DNA of 64,000 nt from Planctomycetota bacterium (GTDB lineage: Bacteria; Planctomycetota; UBA1135; UBA2386), in contig CANMWZ010000017.1 of the NCBI GenBank assembly GCA_947501605.1, forward strand, positions 1 to 64,000, given 5' to 3'. Shown here in pieces: positions 8,722 to 18,344 of this stretch (positions are counted from its first letter, which is position 1; each line of letters opens with the position of its first letter). The notes beneath the pieces are model-generated. The model saw only the letters and a program-made list of their open reading frames with translations, did no database searches and was not told where the DNA came from. The translations under genes were made by a program, and so were the position numbers.

Positions 8722-10419
8722 TCACTGCAGCGTCTGGCCGACGTTGACCGTACCGAGCGTCATCGCCAGCGGTGCCGACCAGGTGAAGACGCTGCCGGCG
8801 CGACCCGTGCCTTGGCGCTGAAGCGAAAAGCCAACCGGCGTCGTGTCGCTCTCACTCGTCGGGATCGCCGTTGCGGTCATGCCGTTGGCGGGGCCGCCAA
8901 CGGCGACGAACGTGCCTTCGTATGCCAGGAACTCGATGACTTGGTTCGCCGCGTTGACGAGCGCGACACCGTCTGGCGCCCCGTTCTGGAGGCCCGTGAT
9001 CCCGAACGCGCGACAGCCCATGCCGTTTTGCTGCGCGCTGATCGTGCCGGTGAGGGCGACGGTCGCGTAGCTGGCACCACCACTGCCGTTGTAGCAGACC
9101 AAGGACCATCCGGTCAGGTTGGTCCCAGCAGCGCCCGCGACCTCGACAAACTCACCGGCATCGGCGCCAGCGTTGTCGTAGTGCAACTCGTTGATCCACA
9201 CGCCTGCTGGCGGCGATAGCGGCGGCAGTGTGACCGCAATCGGCGGCACCCCAAGCGGCCAACGGGTCATGTCGACATTGCTGTCGGTCGAGACGTTGCT
9301 CGAGGTGTCGAGGGCGCGCACCACATAGAACCACCGCGCACCCTGTGCGACGCCGAGATCGACGTACGAACTGATCGTCAGCGCAGCGACATTGATCTGC
9401 GTGAACGGACCTGCCCGCGACGCCGAACGCAACACTCGATAGCTCGCAAGATCCGGCTCCGCGCTGTCGCTCCAGTCGAGGCTGACTCGGGACTTGCCGG
9501 TCGTTGCGACAAGACCTGTCGGGGCGGCTGGCGCCTGCGTGTCGGTGCACGACGCCGTGAACACGCAGTTGACCCATTCTGGGTGATCGACGAACGGATT
9601 GCGGTTGCCTTGGTAGGAGTAGACCGCGTCGTTGCGCGCGATCTCGCCAGCATCGACGGGGTCCTGTGCGTGCCACTGCAGCAGCGTCGCGAGCATGCCC
9701 ATGTAGGCAGTGCCCGTCGTGTTCGCACCGGTGTTCGAAGCGGCGATCAAGCTCACTGTGTCCGTCAACCTGAGATCGGGCTCGTTGGCACCCGTCACGC
9801 CGTGCGTGCCGCCTTCATAACGAACGTCCATGTAGAACACCGCGCGCGCGCAGTCGCCGCGCCGATCGTTCCATGACTGCCAACGGCCGGTGGCGGTCAC
9901 GCCGTCGCCCCAGTTCGCGCTGCCGGGATACACCCCGCTGCCACCGCCGACGCCATTGGTCAGCAGTGTGGGGTACTCGGTGCCCGTCGCTGCGCTCGCG
10001 GCATACGCCCGGTTGCTGCGCGAACTGTTGTAGTTCGCGTCGCTGAGATGGAGATGGAAGCAGTCGGTGTACGGGTAGTTGTCGGCGCCATCATTCGGAA
10101 ACCCATACGACTTGGGCCACGCGTGCTCGCGGTTGTAGGCCCCGACGCCGCCGCCGATCTTGACGTATGAGGCGTTGCGATAGAGGTCGACGATGTTGCT
10201 GGCGTTCCCCGGATCCTGCTGCGCACTCTCGAGGATGTCCCACGTGTCGGTGCCAGACGCCGTGTACGGAAACCGCGTGTGGTCATCGATCACCGAATGC
10301 AGCGTCGACCGCATCAATGCCGGCGTGCTCGTGTTGACGCTGTTGTAGTAGCCGGGCGGGGCCTGAGCGATGAGCGCCGGCATGAACAGGACCGGCAGGA
10401 CGACGAGCTTGTGGGCCAT
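8722..10419 (-). CDS. secreted endonuclease I (EndA/Bsn-like) with FN3 and lamin-tail-like domains
   Basis: signal peptide; YNREHAWPKS, NSSRSN, RGDCARAVFYMDVRY, QGNRNPFVDHPEW; FN3 (DTQAPAAPTGL...LDW...Y); WINELHYDNAG...EFVEV. Confidence 0.9.
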   Translation of the reverse strand: MAHKLVVLPVLFMPALIAQAPPGYYNSVNTSTPALMRSTLHSVIDDHTRFPYTASGTDTWDILESAQQDPGNASNIVDLYRNASYVKIGGGVGAYNREHAWPKSYGFPNDGADNYPYTDCFHLHLSDANYNSSRSNRAYAASAATGTEYPTLLTNGVGGGSGVYPGSANWGDGVTATGRWQSWNDRRGDCARAVFYMDVRYEGGTHGVTGANEPDLRLTDTVSLIAASNTGANTTGTAYMGMLATLLQWHAQDPVDAGEIARNDAVYSYQGNRNPFVDHPEWVNCVFTASCTDTQAPAAPTGLVATTGKSRVSLDWSDSAEPDLASYRVLRSASRAGPFTQINVAALTISSYVDLGVAQGARWFYVVRALDTSSNVSTDSNVDMTRWPLGVPPIAVTLPPLSPPAGVWINELHYDNAGADAGEFVEVAGAAGTNLTGWSLVCYNGSGGASYATVALTGTISAQQNGMGCRAFGITGLQNGAPDGVALVNAANQVIEFLAYEGTFVAVGGPANGMTATAIPTSESDTTPVGFSLQRQGTGRAGSVFTWSAPLAMTLGTVNVGQTLQ

Positions 10420-10541
10420 ACTGTTGGTGCGCAAGGCCACCGCGGGAGCAGCGGCCAAGGGCACTCAGTATGCCGGTCCGGCCGCTACACCGCACGTCCC
10501 GACGATCGCGTCTTCACCCATTTGACCGCTATCGTGCGCCG

Positions 10542-13187
10542 ATGCTCGCCGTCCTGTTGACCGTCCTCGCTGCGCCGCAACAACCGCTCGACCTCAGCGC
10601 CGACCGGACGCGGCAGGTGATCGTCGACCGCGAGGACGGGGCCTACCTCGGCCATGTCTCGACGACGCTGCTGCGCGACGGCTCGACAATCCTGGCGGTC
10701 TACCCGAAGGGACACGGCAAGGGCGCGATCGTGCTGAAGCGCTCCCTGGACGGCGGCCGAACCTGGAGTGAACGACTCCCGACGCCCGCCAACTGGGCAA
10801 CCAGCCAAGAAGTGCCGACGATCCACCGCTGCACCGACGCCGAGGGCAAAGAGCGCCTCGTGTTGTGGTCCGGCCTGTCGCCTGCGCGCTACGCGACCAG
10901 CGAGGACCAGGGCGCTACGTTCTCAGAACTGCGGCCCGCGGCGGACTGGGGTGGCATCGTCGTCATGGGCGATATCGCGGCGACCACCACTGCTGGCCGC
11001 TACCTCGCGTTCTTCCACGACGATGGGCGCTTCCTGCACGCCAACGGGCACGCCAATGGCACTTTCACCCTGCTGCAGACTGAGTCCATCGACGGCGGCC
11101 TGAGCTGGAGCCACCCGCGGGCGCTGTGGTCGGGCCGAGAGATCCACATGTGCGAGCCCGGTAGCGTTCGGTCCCTCGACGGCAAGGAGCTCACATTGCT
11201 GCTGCGCGAGAATCGCCGTGTGGCCGCCAGCCACCGCATGACGACCCGCGACGAGGGCGCGACGTGGACCGACCCAGCGCCGGTGCACATGAGCCTGACC
11301 GGCGACCGCCACACGATGCGCTACGGCAAGGATGGGCGCCTTGTGGTCGTGTTCCGCGACATGCGGGTGGATGGCGACCTCAGCACCCGCGGAGACTTCA
11401 TCGCCTGGGTCGGCCGCTACGAGGACCTGCGCGACGGCACGCCGGGTCAGTACCGCGTGCGTCTGCTCGACAACCAGAACGACTGGGACTGTGGCTACGC
11501 TGGACTCGAAGTGCTTCCCGACGGCACCTTGGTCGCGACGACGTACGGCCATTGGGAGAAGGGCCAGCAGCCGTTCGTCGTCAGTACGCGCTTCACGTTG
11601 GTCGAACTCGACGCCTTGGCCGCGGCGGCCTCTGCGAAGGGCAATACCGCGGCCCCCGTCAAGGAGAGCGACGCTGCGGCACTTCTGCGCCTCGAGGCGT
11701 ACACGCCCCTACCCAAAGCGCCGACCGACCCGGAGGTCCTTGCGGCCGAAGCTCAACTGATTGCCGCGATGCCAAAGCTCGTCCGCAAGAACGACGCGGT
11801 CGCTCAACGCCTCGCGCAGTTGCATGCCACCCGCCGAGACGAAGTGACCCCGACGCGCACGCGTCCGATCCGCGCGCGCGACCCGCTCCTGCGCGTCCTT
11901 GTGCGCTTTGACGACGAACTCACGCTGACGACGCGGCAAGAGCTCGTGCTCGCGCATCCCTCGGCCGCAGAGTTCCCGGGCGGGCTGCCTGCAGGCGCAT
12001 TGCCGATGCCGCGCGGGCTGACCCTGGACCTCGGAACGCCAGGGCGCCGTTCGCTGGGCCTGTGGGTCCCAGCCGGCGCCGCCATTTCGGTGGTCTTTGG
12101 CGACGGCAAGGCAACACCGCCACTGGGACTCGTGCTGCGCATCGGCGCGCATAGCGACGACCTCCGCCGCCGCGAGGCTTGGCCGCGCATGCCGCGCATC
12201 AGCCGCACCTTTGCCGTCGATCGCGCCGACATGCGCATCGCCAGCGCCTACGGCGGCTTGCTCTACGTCGAGCAGAAGGATGCTCTACCGGGCGGGATCG
12301 ATGTAATGGTCGATGGCTGCGTACTGGCGCCGCTGTTCGAGCTCGGAACCACCGATGTCGCGGCGTGGCGTGAACACGTTCGCCGGTTCCCGGCTCCGTG
12401 GGCCGAACTCGCAACCGACAAGGTCGTGTTGACGGTTCCAAGCGATCGCATTCGCGAACTCGACGACCCCACGGAGCTGCTGCAGTTCTGGAACACGCTC
12501 CTCGACAACGCCGCCGACCTCGCCGCCCGTCCACGCCAACGCCAGCGACCCGAGCGCTATGTCGCCGACGTGGAGATCTCAGCCGGCCACATGCACGCGG
12601 GCTATCCGATCATGACGCATCTCGATGCCGCCGCCGACATGGTCGATCTGCAGCGCATGCACAACGGGCCATGGGGTCTGTTCCATGAACTCGGCCACAA
12701 TCATCAAAGCAAGGACTGGACGTTCGACGGCACCAGCGAAGTGACGGTCAATCTGTTCTCGCTCTACCTGTGCGACACCCAATGCGGCATTCCGTGGGAC
12801 AAGGCCTGGGGCGGCAACCTCGCCCGCTGCACGCAGCGCCTCGCCGAACTCGTGCGCCAAGGCAAGAAGCCGTGGGATCCGGGCGACGACGGCAAGGCGG
12901 ACCTCGGCCTGCGCCTGTTGATGTACTCGCAGCTGCAGCGTGCGTTTGGCTGGGAGTTGTTCGTTCACGCGTTCGCGGAATACCGCGACCTGCCCGAGCA
13001 GCAACGCCCGAAGACAGACGCCGAAAAGCGCGACCAGTGGCTCCTGCGCGCGTCGCGCAGCGTCGACCGCGACCTCGGTCCGTTCTTCGAAGCCTGGGGC
13101 CTCCCGGTCAGCGAGCAGGCCCGCGCCGCGGTCGCGAGTCTCGACGATTGGATGCCCGAGGATTGGCCGGACGCCGGCGGTCGCTGA
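10542..13187 (+). CDS. secreted BNR/sialidase-like beta-propeller fused to M60-family metallopeptidase
   Basis: Asp-boxes SLDGGRTW, SEDQGATF, SIDGGLSW, TRDEGATW; M60 motifs APWAEL, MHAGYP, WGLFHELGHNHQ, EVTVNLF. Confidence 0.87.
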   Translation: MLAVLLTVLAAPQQPLDLSADRTRQVIVDREDGAYLGHVSTTLLRDGSTILAVYPKGHGKGAIVLKRSLDGGRTWSERLPTPANWATSQEVPTIHRCTDAEGKERLVLWSGLSPARYATSEDQGATFSELRPAADWGGIVVMGDIAATTTAGRYLAFFHDDGRFLHANGHANGTFTLLQTESIDGGLSWSHPRALWSGREIHMCEPGSVRSLDGKELTLLLRENRRVAASHRMTTRDEGATWTDPAPVHMSLTGDRHTMRYGKDGRLVVVFRDMRVDGDLSTRGDFIAWVGRYEDLRDGTPGQYRVRLLDNQNDWDCGYAGLEVLPDGTLVATTYGHWEKGQQPFVVSTRFTLVELDALAAAASAKGNTAAPVKESDAAALLRLEAYTPLPKAPTDPEVLAAEAQLIAAMPKLVRKNDAVAQRLAQLHATRRDEVTPTRTRPIRARDPLLRVLVRFDDELTLTTRQELVLAHPSAAEFPGGLPAGALPMPRGLTLDLGTPGRRSLGLWVPAGAAISVVFGDGKATPPLGLVLRIGAHSDDLRRREAWPRMPRISRTFAVDRADMRIASAYGGLLYVEQKDALPGGIDVMVDGCVLAPLFELGTTDVAAWREHVRRFPAPWAELATDKVVLTVPSDRIRELDDPTELLQFWNTLLDNAADLAARPRQRQRPERYVADVEISAGHMHAGYPIMTHLDAAADMVDLQRMHNGPWGLFHELGHNHQSKDWTFDGTSEVTVNLFSLYLCDTQCGIPWDKAWGGNLARCTQRLAELVRQGKKPWDPGDDGKADLGLRLLMYSQLQRAFGWELFVHAFAEYRDLPEQQRPKTDAEKRDQWLLRASRSVDRDLGPFFEAWGLPVSEQARAAVASLDDWMPEDWPDAGGR

Positions 13188-13208
13188 CGCTGGCACTGCG
13201 AGGACGAC

Positions 13209-13625
13209 TCAGCCGTCAATCGTGCGCAGACGCAGTACCACGGCGATGCCGATCGAAGCGAGCCCCACGAGCGCCCCTTCCTGCCAACCGCTGAGTTGCT
13301 GCTTCCATAGCGCCAGCGCAACCATCGCGAGGACCACGAGGACCGCCACGATTTTGACGCGCTTGCGCACGCCGCGCGCGCGCTCCCAATCCTCGAGCAA
13401 GCGCCCGAACACGGGTGACCGCCGCAGCCACTGCTGCAGCCGCGGTTGCGACCGCGCAAAGCTGTAGCTCGCGAGCAACAGGAACGGCGTTGTCGGCAAC
13501 AGCGGCAGCAGTACGCCGAGCACGGCGATGGCTAGGAACACCACGCCTAGGACGAAGTGCAGCCGACGTCGGATCGGACCGGTACGCGCAAGCTCCGACG
13601 GCTCGACCGGCGCTCCGTCGGTCAC
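13209..13625 (-). CDS. YbaN (DUF454) family inner membrane protein
   Basis: LPLLPTTPFLLLA...FARS motif; GTGA overlap with the upstream gene. Confidence 0.88.
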   Translation of the reverse strand: MTDGAPVEPSELARTGPIRRRLHFVLGVVFLAIAVLGVLLPLLPTTPFLLLASYSFARSQPRLQQWLRRSPVFGRLLEDWERARGVRKRVKIVAVLVVLAMVALALWKQQLSGWQEGALVGLASIGIAVVLRLRTIDG

Positions 13626-15307
13626 AAGAAGATGAACATCGAGTCCGCTTCGCCGACGCACAACGGGCGAAAGAGCGGATCAACCGCGGCGAAGCTCCAG
13701 TGGATCAGACCGCCGACGAGCGGTGTGAGCAGTCCCGGCGGCACGTTCAGGGTCGCCGTTGCGCGGCCTTGCGCGTCGAACGTCGACGAGCCGTTCTGCA
13801 GGATGGGGCTGTTGGGCGTCGTCAAAAACAGCTCGGTGACGAAGTCGAAGTTGATCGGGATCGGGAAGCCTGGCTGCCAAGTGATCCCTGGTGAGGTCCC
13901 CGACACCGTACCCAGCATCACGTAGGTCATGCCTGCGGCGGCCGGCCCGGTGCGCAGTTCGATCTGGATCGAACCACCCAGGGAGGCACTGACGAACGGC
14001 GGCACCAGCGTCAAAGCGGGCCCGGCGGTGTAGCGACGACGGGTGGTCGACACATGCCCCTCGGTATCACGGACCTGCATACAACCGACCCACTGCGCGG
14101 GATAGCGCGGCACGCCGTTGGTCGCGCCGAGCGGCAGCCATCCGGTCTCGAACGTGCGGTCATCGTTGAAGTCAAAACGTGCCTGCAGCGTCGCCGCAGC
14201 CTGGTCGGCATCGCGCGAGGTCGATGGCTCGAACTGCACCGTCAGCGTCGGCGAGGAGGTCGTCGCGATCGGCATCGGCCAGTTGCAGCCCGGAACTGCG
14301 CGGTTCTGCATCGGTCCCCACCACGTTGGGTTGTCGACCAAGAACTGGTAGCGGAACGATTGGTAACCGTTGCCGCCGCCAAGCAGTGCACCTTGGATCG
14401 ACGCATCGATCGTGGCGACCGTCGTCGTCTCGCCCTCACCGGTGTAGGTCTTGACGACCGGACAGACGCGCCGCCCGGGAAAGCCGGCAAGGGTGCAGGC
14501 ATTGCGCACGTAGGCCGCCGTCTGCTGCACGTAGGCACGATGCAGCGCCGCCGTCGAATAGATCGAACCGTTGGCGGTGTAGGACATCGGCATCAGAACG
14601 TCGCAGTACTGCGCCATCTGCTGCCAGTTCTGGCCGTACTGCGACGAGAAGCTGTTGGAGACCGACGTGTAGGACGCGAAGTTGCCGTCGTAGGTCGGAC
14701 CGTCGAAGGTGAACCGACTCGCAATCAGGTAGCAGTGCAGCGACAGGCTGCCGATGCGCTGGCGCACGTCGGCAAGGAAGTTGGTCACCTGGGTTGGATC
14801 GTTGACCCCACCGGCACCGACGAAGCGGATGTAGTCGAGCGCGATACCGTCGAAGTCATAGACCGGTGTGCCGTCGAGCTTCCAGGCGTCGACGAAGTAG
14901 TCGATCACGCCGAGAAGGTACTGCTTGTGGGCCGCACTCGTGGGCTGCACGTTGTCGTTGAAACACTTCAACACCGGGATCACGCGGACGTTGGCCGCGT
15001 GGCAGGCAGTGATCAAGTTCTGCAAATGAATGCCGGCGCCGCCTGGGCGCACCGGACCCCAGGCGAGGTTCCAGTCGCCAGCACTGTCGGTGACCCACAA
15101 ATCGCCGGCCGACGGCCCGGTCGCGCGGAACGCGCTCACGTAGAGCGTGTCGATGCCTCGGGTCTGGCAGTTGGTCACGATCTCGCTGATGCGCGAGTCC
15201 ATGTTGCCGACCAAGAAGGGGAACACGCCGACGGCCACGTCGGTCGATGGCGATTGCGCAAGCGCAAGCGCCGCGGTGAGCGACCAAGTAAGGAATGTTG
15301 TGCGCAT
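13622..15307 (-). CDS. secreted putative glycoside-hydrolase-like TIM-barrel protein with PKD-like segment and C-terminal beta module
   Basis: signal peptide; GIDTLY, LITACHAANVRV, FDGIALDYIRF, YGQNW, DVLMPMSY (GHL10/DUF4015-like barrels); PKD-like F-x-P-x-S-x-D...RFDF. Confidence 0.72.
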   Translation of the reverse strand: MRTTFLTWSLTAALALAQSPSTDVAVGVFPFLVGNMDSRISEIVTNCQTRGIDTLYVSAFRATGPSAGDLWVTDSAGDWNLAWGPVRPGGAGIHLQNLITACHAANVRVIPVLKCFNDNVQPTSAAHKQYLLGVIDYFVDAWKLDGTPVYDFDGIALDYIRFVGAGGVNDPTQVTNFLADVRQRIGSLSLHCYLIASRFTFDGPTYDGNFASYTSVSNSFSSQYGQNWQQMAQYCDVLMPMSYTANGSIYSTAALHRAYVQQTAAYVRNACTLAGFPGRRVCPVVKTYTGEGETTTVATIDASIQGALLGGGNGYQSFRYQFLVDNPTWWGPMQNRAVPGCNWPMPIATTSSPTLTVQFEPSTSRDADQAAATLQARFDFNDDRTFETGWLPLGATNGVPRYPAQWVGCMQVRDTEGHVSTTRRRYTAGPALTLVPPFVSASLGGSIQIELRTGPAAAGMTYVMLGTVSGTSPGITWQPGFPIPINFDFVTELFLTTPNSPILQNGSSTFDAQGRATATLNVPPGLLTPLVGGLIHWSFAAVDPLFRPLCVGEADSMFIFL

Positions 15308-15458
15308 GGCGGGGGCATGATGCTCGCTGGCCACCGCCAAGACGGCAACGGCAGCAGACCGAAAACGGCCAGAAACCTCGCCATGAGACCGCATCCTCGG
15401 GCTCTCTCTCGGCGCAATGTCGCCGTAGGATGTCATCCCCCGATAGCCACGGAGTCCC

Positions 15459-17012
15459 ATGCCTACCACGCACACAGTCCTGACGCTGACAGTGCTCGCG
15501 ACGTCGCTCGTCGCGCAGAACTCGCTCGTCTTCACCGGCCGCTTCCCCTTCCAGAGCCTCGACACTGTCAACGAACGGGTCAACGGCAGCATCAACCGGC
15601 TCGAGGAGTACGACTTCTCGGTCGTGACCCCGGGGGCCGGCGCATTCGCTCGCAGCCTGCAACCTGCTACCGCGCATCAGGCCTACTACGGCGACGGCAA
15701 CGCCGACGGCAACTACACCAAGCTCTTCAACTTCAAGACCTACTTCCAGAACGTCCAGATGGGCGGACTGTTCGTGAAGAGCGTTGACAAGGCCGTGCTC
15801 CGTTCGGATCGCGTCTACTTCACTGTGCGCAGCAACGTCGTTGGGCTGCAGTTCGAAGCGTTCCTCAACAACGGCACCGGGGTCGCCGTCGTTCGGCCCG
15901 GTGACTTTGTCCGCTTCACTGGCGGCGGCAACCTCGAGTACTTCATCACTGCCGACCAACTCGACATCGCCGCCGGCCCGCCGCTGCCCGGCTTCAGCAG
16001 CATCAAAGGCGCGAGCGCCATGTGCCAGGACGTCGCCGGCAACCTCTACTACAGCCCGGCACAAGGCGGTCAGTGGATCAACGGCAACCTCGGCGGTCCC
16101 TTCCTCGCCAATGACGGCTCGATCGTCATGATCCCGGCTTCGGCGATCACCTACGACGGCAACGGCAATGTGCAGGCCATCGCGCCGAACTCATCCCGCA
16201 TCCTGGTCGAAGAGTCCGTCGTCGGCCCGGGCCCGCAGCCGATCAGCGTGCGTCAGATGGTCCTCAACGCACAGACCTTCGACCGCGCAGGGCTGCCGAT
16301 CGCGGTGACCGGCGTCTACGGCCGCACCTCGGGCCTCGACCTCGATCCCAACGGCGGCACGTTCCTGCCGAACTTCCCCGATTCGACAGGTGCCTTCCCG
16401 CCGGCGCCAAACTTCGTGTTCTGCAGCGATCCAGCTTCCTACGGCGGCTCGATTTGGTCCACGACCAACAACGGCACAGCTGCGGTCATCAACGGCATCA
16501 CCTGCGCGAGCACGACGTCGGGCGTTCCGGCCAACGGCAGCTGGCTCGGCGTCAGCCTCGATCTGGTCAACTTCCAGCCGTCGCTGATGGGCCTCGTCGT
16601 CACCGGCCAGATCCTCTACGAGCCACTGGTGCTCGACATGCCGAGCTTCGGCGCGATCCAGAACTCCGGCGTGCAGACGACGATCGACATCGACGTTCAT
16701 GGCAACGCGACGAACTTCATCGTGCTGCTGGCGGACTTCAACATCCCCGCAATCGGCGGCTTCGCGCCCTCGGTGCCGACGGTGTTCCTGCCGCTCGCAC
16801 TCACTCCATTCTCGCACTTCCAGTCGTTCCCGATCTTCGCGCCGACCGACCTCGGTCTGCAGTTGACCGATTCCAACGGCTATGCGACCTACTCGCTCGG
16901 CAACCCGCACGCGGGCCAGTTTGCGGGTATCCCGATGATCCTCCAGGCCGGGGCGCTCGACTTCTTCGGCTCGATCACGGTGAGCAACCCGGTACAGGCC
17001 CAATTCAAGTGA
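15459..17012 (+). CDS. secreted hypothetical protein with C-terminal beta module
   Basis: signal peptide ending LVA|Q; GGAG RBS; strong C-ending codon bias; C-terminal TDSNG...AGIPMILQAGALD...VSNPV. Confidence 0.85.
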   Translation: MPTTHTVLTLTVLATSLVAQNSLVFTGRFPFQSLDTVNERVNGSINRLEEYDFSVVTPGAGAFARSLQPATAHQAYYGDGNADGNYTKLFNFKTYFQNVQMGGLFVKSVDKAVLRSDRVYFTVRSNVVGLQFEAFLNNGTGVAVVRPGDFVRFTGGGNLEYFITADQLDIAAGPPLPGFSSIKGASAMCQDVAGNLYYSPAQGGQWINGNLGGPFLANDGSIVMIPASAITYDGNGNVQAIAPNSSRILVEESVVGPGPQPISVRQMVLNAQTFDRAGLPIAVTGVYGRTSGLDLDPNGGTFLPNFPDSTGAFPPAPNFVFCSDPASYGGSIWSTTNNGTAAVINGITCASTTSGVPANGSWLGVSLDLVNFQPSLMGLVVTGQILYEPLVLDMPSFGAIQNSGVQTTIDIDVHGNATNFIVLLADFNIPAIGGFAPSVPTVFLPLALTPFSHFQSFPIFAPTDLGLQLTDSNGYATYSLGNPHAGQFAGIPMILQAGALDFFGSITVSNPVQAQFK

Positions 17013-17080
17013 CCTGAAACGGAGCGCGCTGGCCTGCGGCGGGCGCACAGTAAGGTCGCCGCCGCCCCCCGTTCGCAATC

Positions 17081-18331
17081 ATGCGCATCGCTCCTTCCCT
17101 GCTGCTTTTGCTGGTCGCCGTCTCGCTCCTGCGCGGCCAGCAGCCCGCCGAGCCATTGGGCGAAGCCGCGAGCAAGACGCTCGCCAACACCTTTGCGACG
17201 GCGGAGTCCTGGTCGCTTCGCGCGATGGCGCTACTGTCGCTCGGCACCGATTGGCATCCGGCTGCCAGTGATGCCATCGCCGCAGCGCTGGCCAACAAGG
17301 ACCTGCGGCTCGCCGCGTTCGGCATCGAACAGCTTCGGCACACGAACGAGCGCGTCCTTCGCAGCGTCTGCACCCAGGCGGTGCTCGATGAACTGATCGA
17401 TCGTCACGTCGCCAGCAAGAACGCATTCGTCCGCAACCGGGCTATCGAGGTCTTGCAACGCGTCTTCCCCGACATCGACGCGGCGAAGCCGTCGATGCTG
17501 CCGCGCTGGTGGGCAGAGAAGCGCGAGAGCTACGAACCGCGCCCGTGGACCGCAGCAGACCGGACGGGCAAGGGAGGCGGCACGGTCGCCGGCGGCATCA
17601 TGGACAAGGCGATCGACCTCCGCGAGGCGGGGCTGCAGGTGGCCTTCGTCGTCGATTCGACCGGCAGCATGCAGAAGGCGATCGATGCCGTTCGCGACGC
17701 CGTCGCCGAGATCACCGCGATCCTCACCGGCATCGCCCCCAAGCTCGAACTCGGCCTCGTGCACTACAAGGACTTCGGCGACATGGGCGATCCAGCGGAG
17801 ATCCTCGTGCCCCTCAACAAGAACCCGAAGGCCGTTCGCGACCGGCTCGGCAAGCTGCGAGCGGGCGGCGGCGGTGACATTCCCGAACGCGTCGAGAAAG
17901 GTATCGAGTGCGCCCTCGGGAAAGGCATGGGCTGGGACAAGGACATGAACCGCATGCTGCTCGTCGTCGGCGATGCGCCACCGCACGCTGAGACCCAGGC
18001 CGGATTGCTGGCCATGGTCAAGGCGGCCTACGACAAGCCCTTCGAGGACCCGAAGCGACCGACCACCGGTCAGAAGGAAAGGCTGCGCCCTTTCATCACG
18101 TCGACGATCGCCACCAACCGTCAGGCGAACCCCTGGTTCAAGGACATCGCCACAGCCGGCGGCGGCACCATGGTGCTCCTCGATCTCGATGGCAAAGGCG
18201 GCAGTCAGGAGACGGCGCCTGAGCGGATCGCCAAGCACGTGCTCCGGCTCTCGTTTGGACCGCAGTGGCAGGAGCAGATCGACGTGTTCGTCGACGCCTT
18301 CTTTGACTACCGCCGCGCCGGCGTGTTCTGA
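17081..18331 (+). CDS. secreted protein with HEAT-like N-terminus and von Willebrand factor A domain
   Basis: MIDAS VVDSTGSM, GGGDIPE, VGDAPPH; helical N-terminal half. Confidence 0.85.
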   Translation: MRIAPSLLLLLVAVSLLRGQQPAEPLGEAASKTLANTFATAESWSLRAMALLSLGTDWHPAASDAIAAALANKDLRLAAFGIEQLRHTNERVLRSVCTQAVLDELIDRHVASKNAFVRNRAIEVLQRVFPDIDAAKPSMLPRWWAEKRESYEPRPWTAADRTGKGGGTVAGGIMDKAIDLREAGLQVAFVVDSTGSMQKAIDAVRDAVAEITAILTGIAPKLELGLVHYKDFGDMGDPAEILVPLNKNPKAVRDRLGKLRAGGGGDIPERVEKGIECALGKGMGWDKDMNRMLLVVGDAPPHAETQAGLLAMVKAAYDKPFEDPKRPTTGQKERLRPFITSTIATNRQANPWFKDIATAGGGTMVLLDLDGKGGSQETAPERIAKHVLRLSFGPQWQEQIDVFVDAFFDYRRAGVF

Positions 18332-18344
18332 GCAGACTGCGCCA

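Noticed and set aside
6759..8747. 662-aa plus-strand ORF and similar long antisense or alternate-frame ORFs (e.g. 14054-15787, 23257-24762, 39973-41445, 50294-51544, 55219-57015)
   Set aside because: They shadow well-supported genes, are Arg/Ala-rich without motifs, and are expected from stop-codon scarcity in high-GC DNA.
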